This document shows positions 18,333 through 26,515 of a stretch of DNA of 45,162 nucleotides, in pieces. The DNA comes from Candidatus Eiseniibacteriota bacterium. GTDB lineage: Bacteria; Eisenbacteria; RBG-16-71-46. The stretch lies in the NCBI GenBank assembly GCA_031364845.1, contig JANLWX010000091.1, positions 1-45,162 on the forward strand, in the 5' to 3' direction. The position numbers and the translations under genes were made by a program. Position 1 is the stretch's first letter; every line of letters begins with the position of its first letter. The notes under the pieces were generated by a model. It was not told the origin of the DNA and did no database searches. It saw only the letters and a program-made list of their open reading frames with translations.

Positions 18333-20840
18333 ATGATTCGATTCCCTCAGATGCCTCGAAGCTTTGGGATCCTCGCCTTGCTCAGCGTCGCAATCGCAAC
18401 GCTCGTGCTTGCCCGGCCCGTCGCTCGAAGACCTTCGGAAGCAAGATTACGCGACCAAGCGTTGGCGATCTGGACCAACCCCGCACAACCCGTCCGCATC
18501 GTCACCGACCGCTACGGCATCCCCCACATCCATGCCTCGAGCATGGAAGATCTCTATTTCGGATGGGGCTACGTCACCGCGCGTGATCGCCTGTGGCAGA
18601 TCGCCTTCAGCCGGCAGTCGGCGCGCGGCGCTTTGTGGAAGTGGTTCGGCAATTCGAAGCTGCGCGACGACGGCGGTGCGCAGTTATTCGAACTCGAGAC
18701 GCGCGCGAAGCGCATCTGGGAACGGGAAAAGAACGACCCGGCAGCCAACCTTCCATTGCGGCGCTTCGCTTCAGGCGTCAACAAGTACATCGAAGAGTGC
18801 CGAAGCGGCGCGCATCCGTGGCCGCGTGAACTGACCGCCCTCGGCCAGACCGTCGACGACTGGAGCCCCGCCGACACCTACCTCCTGCTGCTCGCGCAGG
18901 GCATGGTGCTCGACTTCGAGGTTCCCGAGTTCGAGGAAACCGCCGACATCGAACGCCGTGGAGCGCAAGCGGTCGCGGATCGCAAGCGGTTCGAAAATGC
19001 GCTCACGTATCACACGATCCCGGATTCCGCCGCGGCCCGGCTGTTCGGGACGAACCTCGAGGCGCAGGAGCCGATGATTGCGCGCGCTTTGGAACGGCCG
19101 CGCGCGAAGGCGCGCTCCGAGGAACGGCGCGCGATCGTGCGCCGCATCGATGGCGCGGCGCCATCGGCAGCCCACACCGACGTCAGCGCCCGCGCCCGTG
19201 AAGCGCTCGGCGCGTGGTGGTCACCGGCGACCGAGGAGCCCGATGAGCGCGCGAGCAACATCTTCGCGGCCGGCGGGCGCCGCAGTACGAGCGGTTTTCC
19301 GCTGCTCGCCAACGATCCCCATCTGGCGCTCACCGCACCCGGAGCTCTTCACGTGGTCCATCTCACGGTGCCCGGAGAACTCGATGCGATCGGCGCCTGC
19401 GTGCCCGGCCTGCCGTCGATCGTTTCGGGTCGCAACCGCTCGGCCGCATGGGGACTGACCGCGCTGTCCGCCGATGTCATCGACATCTATGCCGACACGC
19501 TCTCCCGCGACGGACGCAGCGTGCGATGGAGCGGCGGCTGGGCGAAGCTGCGCGAGGCGCCGTTCACGATGCGCTACCGGCTGCCGGGCGGCATGCTGAT
19601 TCCCACACTCGGTCAGACGCGGCGCTACTCACCGCACGGCCCGGTGCTGGTGCACGACCGCAAGAAGGGAATCGCCTACAGCGCGCGCTGGTCGTGCCCC
19701 GACACAGCGATCCGGCTCGGGCGCCTGCTCGGACTCGCACGTTCGACATCGGCCGCCGAGGTCGCCGGGCGCTATCGAGAGCAGGTGACGCCCGGGCTCA
19801 ACATCGTCGCCGCCGATATCCAGGGCCACGTGATCTACCAGACGGTCGGGACGGTTCCGGTGCGCGGATTCGCTTCTCCGCGCGGAGCGTTGCCCGGTGA
19901 CGGACGTCATGAGTGGACGGGAACGATCGCCCCCGAACAGATGCCGGCGTGGCGGCCGCCGCCGGGAGGTTTCGTCGTCAACGGCAACAACCTGCCGGCC
20001 CTCGCCCCCGGCATGGAGCCGTGGCCGCGCTACGACTTTGCGAACGATCGCGCGATGCGAATGAGCGAACGGCTCGCGGGCGATACGCGGCTCACGCTCG
20101 CCGACATCGCGAGTATCCAGAACGACGTGTACTCGAGGAGTGCCGCGCGGTTCGTGCCGCAACTGCTGCGGGTCGTCGAACCCAATCGAGCGCATCTGTC
20201 ACCCCGCGCGCGCGCGGCGCTCGACACGCTGCGCGGATGGGACTTCATGGTGCGGAGGAACCGTGTCGCCCCCACCATTTTCCGCGCATGGTTCGGCGCG
20301 CTCCAGCGGCGCTCCGATCTCGATGGCCAGCAGGGGCTCACCGCAGCAGCACTCGATGGCCGCGTGCCCGAAGCCCTGGTGAATGCCCGGGGCGAGCGCG
20401 AGTCGCCCGCCACCGCGACGATCGCGGCACTCGACTCCGCGCTCCTGCGTCTCGACGGTCTGCTTGGAAGCGGGATGTCGGATTGGACTTGGGGACGCGG
20501 CCATCGCGCGCGGTTCCGCCACGCGCTGCAGGCGACGCGTCCGTCGTTCGAGCCTGCGCGCGTGGGGGCCGACGGCGACAACAGCACGCCATGCGTCGGA
20601 CGATCGAGCCTGCCTTACAGCGCGGACTTCACGCACGGCCCGGTCTTCCGCCACGTCGTCGATCTCGCGTTTGCCGACTCGTCGCTCGGGATCGTCGCCC
20701 CCGGCAATCAAGCCGAAGGCCCGCATGCGACCGACCACGCCCGGCGCTGGGCGAACCATACGTACGTTCCGTTTCTGATGAACTGGCAGCGCATCGAGGC
20801 GATGCGCGAATCCGAGATCACACTGCCCGGCGTGCGCTGA
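18333..20840 (+). CDS. Penicillin acylase family (peptidase S45, Ntn-hydrolase)
   Basis: DRYGIPHI, GYVTARDRLWQ, beta-chain start ASN...LLANDPHL, N-terminal hydrophobic anchor. Start uncertain (18324, 18333 or 18351). Confidence 0.88.
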   Translation: MIRFPQMPRSFGILALLSVAIATLVLARPVARRPSEARLRDQALAIWTNPAQPVRIVTDRYGIPHIHASSMEDLYFGWGYVTARDRLWQIAFSRQSARGALWKWFGNSKLRDDGGAQLFELETRAKRIWEREKNDPAANLPLRRFASGVNKYIEECRSGAHPWPRELTALGQTVDDWSPADTYLLLLAQGMVLDFEVPEFEETADIERRGAQAVADRKRFENALTYHTIPDSAAARLFGTNLEAQEPMIARALERPRAKARSEERRAIVRRIDGAAPSAAHTDVSARAREALGAWWSPATEEPDERASNIFAAGGRRSTSGFPLLANDPHLALTAPGALHVVHLTVPGELDAIGACVPGLPSIVSGRNRSAAWGLTALSADVIDIYADTLSRDGRSVRWSGGWAKLREAPFTMRYRLPGGMLIPTLGQTRRYSPHGPVLVHDRKKGIAYSARWSCPDTAIRLGRLLGLARSTSAAEVAGRYREQVTPGLNIVAADIQGHVIYQTVGTVPVRGFASPRGALPGDGRHEWTGTIAPEQMPAWRPPPGGFVVNGNNLPALAPGMEPWPRYDFANDRAMRMSERLAGDTRLTLADIASIQNDVYSRSAARFVPQLLRVVEPNRAHLSPRARAALDTLRGWDFMVRRNRVAPTIFRAWFGALQRRSDLDGQQGLTAAALDGRVPEALVNARGERESPATATIAALDSALLRLDGLLGSGMSDWTWGRGHRARFRHALQATRPSFEPARVGADGDNSTPCVGRSSLPYSADFTHGPVFRHVVDLAFADSSLGIVAPGNQAEGPHATDHARRWANHTYVPFLMNWQRIEAMRESEITLPGVR

Positions 20841-20860
20841 GTAGCCGCCCGCCACCAACG

Positions 20861-20901
20861 AAAACGCCCGCGATCTCGGAAGATCGCGGGCGCTCCGTTT
20901 T
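20861..20901. terminator. Bidirectional terminator between convergent genes
   Basis: CGCCCGCGATCT-CGGA-AGATCGCGGGCG 12-bp stem, AAAA on the left and CCGTTTT on the right. Confidence 0.7.
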
Positions 20902-20918
20902 CAGAATGAGACTCCCGG

Positions 20919-22673
20919 CTAATCGCTTCCGTGCACCACCGTCCCGAGCGCGCCGACCGCAAAGCCTTCGGTGCCCGAGCTGCCCCACACGCCGTTCAAG
21001 GTCTGCGACGTTCCGGCCGGCTCGACCGCGAACGACGTGCCCCCGTTGTGCACGATGATGCCCGAGACCCCGACCGCAACCACCTGGCCGCCTGAACTCA
21101 CCCACGTGCTGCGAAGGTCCTGCGTGGTCGCACTGGGACGCACGCTCCACGCCGTCCCGTCGTAACGCAGGATCGTTCCGCTGTCGCCGACCGCGTATGC
21201 GTTCACCGTGTTGCCGCTCACGCCATACAGCGACTTGAGCGTGCCGCTCGACTGCGCGGCCCACGCGGTTCCGTTGTGGCGCAGGATCGTGCCGTCGAGG
21301 CCGACCGCGAACACGTCGGTACCGATGCCGCCCCACACGCCGAGCAGATGCTTCGGAGTTCCGCTGGTCTGTGGAGCCCATGCGGTTCCGTTGTAGTGCA
21401 GGATCGTGCCGTTGAGGCCAACCGCGAACACGTCGGTGGCCGAGCGCCCCCACACGGCGGTCAGCAACTCGGAGGTTCCGCTCGTGAGCGGGCTCCACAC
21501 GGTGCCGTTGTACTTCAAGATCGTTCCGCCGCCGCCGACCGCGAACACGGACGTCGACGAGTTCCCCCACACGCCCGAGAGATACTCCGAGGTCCCGCTC
21601 GCCTGCGGGCTCCAGGACGCTCCATCGTAGCGGATGATGGTGCCACTGCCGCCGACCGCGAACACGTTCGTGGCCGAGGAACCCCACACGCCGGCGAGGT
21701 CCTCCGAAGTGCCGCCCGACACGGCGGTCCAGTTGGTTCCGTTGTAGCGCACGATCACGCCGTTCGCGCCGACCACGACCACGTTGCTGGCTGAGCTACC
21801 CCACAGACCCGCGAGGTGCTCGGTAACGGTGAGCGTCACCGGATCCCAGCTCGTTCCGGTGTAGTGCAGCAGGGCGCCATTGGTGCCGGCAACATAGATG
21901 TCACTCGCACCGCTGCCCCAGATCGAGGTCAGCGTCTCGGTCGCGCCGGTCTTGATGGCGTCCCAGGCGGTGCCGTTCCAGTGGTAGAGAATGCCGTCCG
22001 CCAGCACCGCGTAAATGTCGCTTGCCGAGCTGCCCCACACCGCGACGAAATTCGTGAACGTTCCGGTCGGGATCTCGGACCAGGCGGTTCCGTTGTAGTG
22101 CAGGATGGTTCCTCGGCTGCCGACCGCATACACGTCGCTCGCCCCGGAACCCCACACCCCGGCCAGGTCACGCGTGGTACCGCTGACCTGAGTGGACCAC
22201 GCGGTTCCGTTGTAGTGGAGAATCCGCCCGCCCGCGCCGACCGCGAACACATTTGTCGACGAAGATCCCCACACGCCGAGCAGCGATTCGGTCACGCCGC
22301 TGTTCGAGGGGCCCCAGGCGGTGCCGTTGTACTTCAAGATCGTCCCGCCGTCGCCGACTGCGAACACGTTGTTGGCGGCACTGCCCCACACGGCCGACAA
22401 ATACTGCGAAGTTCCGCTCGCCATGCTGGTCCAAGCGGTTCCGTTGTAATGACGGATCGTGCCGCTCACGCCGACCGCGAAGATGTCGTTCGCGGCACTG
22501 CCCCACACGCCGTTCGAGCTCGCACCCGTGATCTGCACCGTCCAGTCCAGGACGACCGGCACGATCGGCTGTATCGGATTCTTCGAAGACTTGGAACCGC
22601 AACCGGCGGTCACCATCACGATCGCGAGGGCCAGAATCGACCGGACCCAGGACCTGTTTCTACGCCAGGACAT
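20919..22673 (-). CDS. Lipoprotein made of 14 tandem ~39-aa VWGS...VFAVG..GTILHYNG repeats (probable double beta-propeller)
   Basis: ATG 22673 with SD GGAGG; lipobox TAGC; 14 repeats counted directly in the translation. Confidence 0.85.
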   Translation of the reverse strand: MSWRRNRSWVRSILALAIVMVTAGCGSKSSKNPIQPIVPVVLDWTVQITGASSNGVWGSAANDIFAVGVSGTIRHYNGTAWTSMASGTSQYLSAVWGSAANNVFAVGDGGTILKYNGTAWGPSNSGVTESLLGVWGSSSTNVFAVGAGGRILHYNGTAWSTQVSGTTRDLAGVWGSGASDVYAVGSRGTILHYNGTAWSEIPTGTFTNFVAVWGSSASDIYAVLADGILYHWNGTAWDAIKTGATETLTSIWGSGASDIYVAGTNGALLHYTGTSWDPVTLTVTEHLAGLWGSSASNVVVVGANGVIVRYNGTNWTAVSGGTSEDLAGVWGSSATNVFAVGGSGTIIRYDGASWSPQASGTSEYLSGVWGNSSTSVFAVGGGGTILKYNGTVWSPLTSGTSELLTAVWGRSATDVFAVGLNGTILHYNGTAWAPQTSGTPKHLLGVWGGIGTDVFAVGLDGTILRHNGTAWAAQSSGTLKSLYGVSGNTVNAYAVGDSGTILRYDGTAWSVRPSATTQDLRSTWVSSGGQVVAVGVSGIIVHNGGTSFAVEPAGTSQTLNGVWGSSGTEGFAVGALGTVVHGSD

Positions 22674-22932
22674 GTGCAACCTACCTCCCTGTGCGCCGGC
22701 TCGCCGGCAACGGACCATTGACACTCGCATGCAACGCGAACAGTGGTGCGTGCCCCACGGCCGGGAACGCTAGTGGCTCGTAGATTCCCCTGCAAGTGAA
22801 CTCCGCTTCTCCGAGCGGCGATGCCACTCCGGATGTCTCCGGAGGCAGGGCTTCCTGCAAGGTATCGGGCGAAATGACCCCGAACATCACCGGGAATGTT
22901 TAAGGCCCCGGCGCGTGCGCTATGATCGCGGC

Positions 22933-24069
22933 ATGCCGGATCCCGAAGATCTGCAGTCGGTTCGCGAAACCATCGAGGAAGTCGACCGCCAGATCCTCGC
23001 CCATCTCAAGCACCGCATGGCGCTGGTCGAGGCGGTCGCACGCACCAAGATCGAGGCCGCCGCCCCGTTTCGCGACCGGGCGCGTGAGGAGCAGGTGCTG
23101 CAGCGCGTGCGCCACCACGCGGTCCAGATGGGACTGGACGCGCACGAGATCGAGCGTCTCTATCGGCTCATCATGGAGATGTCGATCGCGCGCCAGCAGG
23201 CGTGGCTCGGCGGGCTCGAGACCACGCCCTTGCGTGTCGCCTATCAAGGAGCGGAAGGTTCGAACAGCCATCTCGCGGCACAGCGCCGTTACGCGGGCCG
23301 GCTCGGTGGCGCGCTGCTCACGGGTCACGAGACGTTCCGCGCTGCCGCACAGGCCGTGATCGATGGGTCCGCGGACCGCGCACTGCTGCCGATCGAGAAC
23401 ACCACCGCCGGCAGCATCCACGAGACCTACGATCTGCTCGCCGAGGGCGGTCTCACGATCACCGCCGAAGTCGTGAGTGACATCGAACACTGCCTGCTGG
23501 CTTTGCCCGGCGTGGCGATCGACGAATTACGCACGGTGATCTCGCATCCGCAGGCGCTCGCCCAATGCGATGTGTTCCTGCGCGGCCTGCGATCGGTTCA
23601 GACGCGCGCGGAGTTCGACACGGCCGGATCCGCGCGCATGGTGCGCGACCGCAACGACCGCACGCTCGGAGCGATCGCGAGCGAAGCGGCGGCGCGCCTG
23701 CACGGGCTCCACGTGCTGGCGCGCGGCCTGCCGTCACCGGGCAGCAACTTCACGCGCTTCGTCGAGATCGCGCGGGATGCGGCGCCGTGTCCGCCCGATG
23801 CCGCGTGCAAGACCTCACTGCTGCTGGCGCTCGATCACCGGCCGGGAGCACTGGGCACGGTGCTCGCCCACTTCGGGGCGCGCGGCGTGAACCTCACGAA
23901 GATCGAGTCGCGGCCGGTTCCGGGTTCGCCGTGGCAGTACCGCTTTCATCTGGATCTCGAGGGCCACGCCGCGTCGGAACCGGTCGCGCGTGCACTCGAG
24001 GACGTGCGCCCGTTCACCACCGAGTTGCGAGTGCTGGGCACGTATCCCCGGGCGACCGCCGACGCATGA
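22933..24069 (+). CDS. pheA: Bifunctional chorismate mutase/prephenate dehydratase (P-protein)
   Basis: N-terminal AroQ (RETIEEVDRQIL, RDRAREE), VAYQG, PIENTTAGSI, SHPQALAQC, TRF, ACT domain LTKIESRP. Confidence 0.92.
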   Translation: MPDPEDLQSVRETIEEVDRQILAHLKHRMALVEAVARTKIEAAAPFRDRAREEQVLQRVRHHAVQMGLDAHEIERLYRLIMEMSIARQQAWLGGLETTPLRVAYQGAEGSNSHLAAQRRYAGRLGGALLTGHETFRAAAQAVIDGSADRALLPIENTTAGSIHETYDLLAEGGLTITAEVVSDIEHCLLALPGVAIDELRTVISHPQALAQCDVFLRGLRSVQTRAEFDTAGSARMVRDRNDRTLGAIASEAAARLHGLHVLARGLPSPGSNFTRFVEIARDAAPCPPDAACKTSLLLALDHRPGALGTVLAHFGARGVNLTKIESRPVPGSPWQYRFHLDLEGHAASEPVARALEDVRPFTTELRVLGTYPRATADA

Positions 24070-24088
24070 CTGCACGCGAACGTGACCA

Positions 24089-24682
24089 TCAGATGTCCTG
24101 ACCCGCGGGCGCCTTGCTGCGCGGCTCGCTGTCGGCGTCGGGCGCGCCCACCAGATCACGGATCGCCCATCCGGTGAGGATCGTGAAGCGATGCTCGCCG
24201 TTGCGTTCACCCGCGAACGCGATGTTCACCGGAATCCGGATCCCGCCGGCGCGGAACGAATGGCCGGCGGCAACCACCACGCCCGTATTCATGCCCCGAT
24301 ACCCTCCGACCGTCACGCTCGGCCCGACCCCGAATTCGAAGCTGCCGGGAAGCCGCATGCCGAAGATCAACGTTCCGCTGGGAACGAAACGATTGTTCTC
24401 CATGCCGCTGACCAGGAACACCTTCTCCACGATGAACCACGGACCGTTGAGCCCCGGCGCCGCCTGGCTCTCGAAGTGCCAGCCGAACTGACTGCTCGCG
24501 GTCCCATCAGGCGAGAAGGTGGCCCCCAGCCGCGGACCGCCGAGATCGTATTTGATGACGCGCTCATTCGGATCCGTCGGTTGGAGATACCCGTTTCGCG
24601 CCTGCGCGTGTGCCGCAACGGGAAGAGACATGAGCAAGGCGGTGAGCAGCGTCATCGGACCGTACGTCGATCGTGCGTTCAT
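24089..24682 (-). CDS. Hypothetical exported protein, probable small outer-membrane beta-barrel
   Basis: ATG 24682 with SD GGAG; signal peptide ending AHA-Q; alternating Gly/aromatic beta-strands (GGPRLG, QFGWHFE, FEFGVGP, IPVNIAF). Confidence 0.7.
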   Translation of the reverse strand: MNARSTYGPMTLLTALLMSLPVAAHAQARNGYLQPTDPNERVIKYDLGGPRLGATFSPDGTASSQFGWHFESQAAPGLNGPWFIVEKVFLVSGMENNRFVPSGTLIFGMRLPGSFEFGVGPSVTVGGYRGMNTGVVVAAGHSFRAGGIRIPVNIAFAGERNGEHRFTILTGWAIRDLVGAPDADSEPRSKAPAGQDI

Positions 24683-24775
24683 CGTCAGCTCCGTTCGCGA
24701 CGCGGGTGCGGCGGTGACGGGGTCGATCCCCGCTGAATCCTGCGTGCTCCGCGTCCGCGTTCGACGAAGCTCTTT

Positions 24776-24791
24776 TGCACGGCGCGTGCCG
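24776..24791 (-). promoter_or_regulatory. Sigma54 (-24/-12) promoter for 24089-24682
   Basis: Minus strand CGGCACG-CGCC-GTGCA with GG-N10-GC spacing; divergent from a GAFTGA-containing activator. Confidence 0.7.
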
Positions 24792-24865
24792 CCCGCGACC
24801 GGTGCACATTTCGCCGATTTCCCGAGGATTTCGCGTGGCTGCGCGTGCCGCTCCATATTCTCGGA

Positions 24866-24900
24866 CTCCGCGAACGTGGAGACTCTCCACGCCCGTGGAG
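24866..24900. promoter_or_regulatory. Putative upstream activator sequences (tandem palindromes) for the sigma54 activator
   Basis: CTCCGCG-AA-CGTGGAG (24866-24881) and CTCCACG-CC-CGTGGAG (24885-24900), about 100-135 bp upstream of the predicted TSS. Confidence 0.55.
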
Positions 24901-24957
24901 TCGCCCGCCGCCGTGGCGGGGGCTCGCCCGCGCGATCGCGTATACTCGGCCGCGGCC

Positions 24958-26514
24958 ATGACTGACCCCCTTCAGACGACCGAACTGATCGCCGCGCTCC
25001 AGGAAGTGCTCCGCCAGGTGGCGGAGCCGACGCATGTCTTGAAGATCATTCTCGAGCAGGCTGTGGCGCGCACATCCGCCGAGCGCGGTGTGTTCGCTGA
25101 GGTGGTCGAAGACGGCGCGATCGAGTACCGCGTGCTTCACGGTTACGCGCCGGGACAGTTCGAAGGCGACGCGGGCCGCTACAGCCGGACCCTGTTCGCG
25201 CGGGTGCTCGCCCAGGGCAAGGACGTCCGGCTCGACAGCATCATCGACGATCCCCAGTTCGGGCAGGTGCAGTCGGTGCGCGAACTGCGCACCGGATCGG
25301 TTCTGTGCATGGCGATCGGCGAGGTGCCGCGCGTCGCGGCGATCGTCCATCTGGAGCATCGCCATGACGGCCACTTCACCGAGACCCATCGCGAACAGTT
25401 GCGCGCACTGCTCGATGTGGCGGCCCCGGTGCTCGCGACGCTGCAAGCCGGACGCGCGGTGCTCGGGGAACGCGACCGGCTCGCGGCTTCGGAGATTCGC
25501 TTGCGTGCCGAAGCCGAGGAGAACCGCCGGCAGCTTGCGACCGAGTGGTCGTTCGGCCGCTTCGTCGGACGCTCGAAGGCGGTGCGCGAACTCGAAGTCA
25601 TCGTGCGGCGCGTTGCGGCGACCGACTTCCCCGCGCTGTTGCTCGGCGAGACCGGCACTGGCAAGAGCATCGTCGCGCGCGCGATCCACTCCAGTGGTAC
25701 CCGCGCGCAGCAGCCGTTCGTGACGGTGTTCTGCCCGACGCTGGAAAAGGGCATGGTCGAGGCCGAGCTGTTCGGCCATCGCCGCGGCGCGTTCACCGGC
25801 GCGCTCTCCGATCAGGTGGGCAAGGTGCAGGCGGCCGAAGGCGGAACGCTGTTCCTCGACGAGATCGGCGAGCTGCCACCCGAGATCCAGCCCAAGCTCC
25901 TGCGCCTCCTCCAGGAGAAAACCTACGAACGCATCGGCGACGCGAAGGAGCGCCGCGTCGACCTGCGCATCATCGCGGCGACCCATCGCGATCTGGAGCA
26001 CGAAGTCGCCGCGGGGCGCTTTCGTCGCGACCTCTATGAGCGGCTCAACTACGTCCCGGTGCGTGTGCCCCCGCTGCGTGAGCGGATCGAGGACATCCCG
26101 CTGCTGCTGCGGCACGCGCTCGATCAGCACGACGCGGGGCGCTGGGTCGAGTTGTCGGACGAGGCCGAACGCTATCTGTGCGACCTCGACTTCACCTGGC
26201 CTGGCAACGTGCGGCATCTGGAGCAGCTCGCGGCACGGATCTCGATGGACGAGACCCGCGCGCCGGTGACGCCGGAGCGCATCCGTGCGCATCTCGATCC
26301 GCGGCGCGAGGCCTCGGCGGCAACGCCGGGAAGCGCGCACACTGATCTCTCGGCCGGGCTGCCGGGGCTGCTCGAGGAAGCCGAGCGCCATTCGCTCGAG
26401 CAGGCGCTCGAGCGCTATCCGAATCTCACTCGCGCCGAGTTGGCCGAGCGGCTCAAGATCAGCGAGTCCGCGCTCTACAAGAAACTTCGACAGCACGGGC
26501 TCGCGAAGGGCTGA
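24958..26514 (+). CDS. Sigma54-dependent enhancer-binding protein (GAF-AAA+-HTH)
   Basis: Walker A GETGTGKS, ELFGHRRGAFTGA, FLDEIGE, RFRRDLYERL, WPGNVR, C-terminal HTH (ISESALYKKL), N-terminal GAF-like domain. Confidence 0.92.
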   Translation: MTDPLQTTELIAALQEVLRQVAEPTHVLKIILEQAVARTSAERGVFAEVVEDGAIEYRVLHGYAPGQFEGDAGRYSRTLFARVLAQGKDVRLDSIIDDPQFGQVQSVRELRTGSVLCMAIGEVPRVAAIVHLEHRHDGHFTETHREQLRALLDVAAPVLATLQAGRAVLGERDRLAASEIRLRAEAEENRRQLATEWSFGRFVGRSKAVRELEVIVRRVAATDFPALLLGETGTGKSIVARAIHSSGTRAQQPFVTVFCPTLEKGMVEAELFGHRRGAFTGALSDQVGKVQAAEGGTLFLDEIGELPPEIQPKLLRLLQEKTYERIGDAKERRVDLRIIAATHRDLEHEVAAGRFRRDLYERLNYVPVRVPPLRERIEDIPLLLRHALDQHDAGRWVELSDEAERYLCDLDFTWPGNVRHLEQLAARISMDETRAPVTPERIRAHLDPRREASAATPGSAHTDLSAGLPGLLEEAERHSLEQALERYPNLTRAELAERLKISESALYKKLRQHGLAKG

Positions 26515-26515
26515 C

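Noticed and set aside
20919..22560. Regular ~117-bp DNA repeats resembling a CRISPR array
   Set aside because: In-frame protein repeats with wobble variation; no unique spacers and no cas genes.
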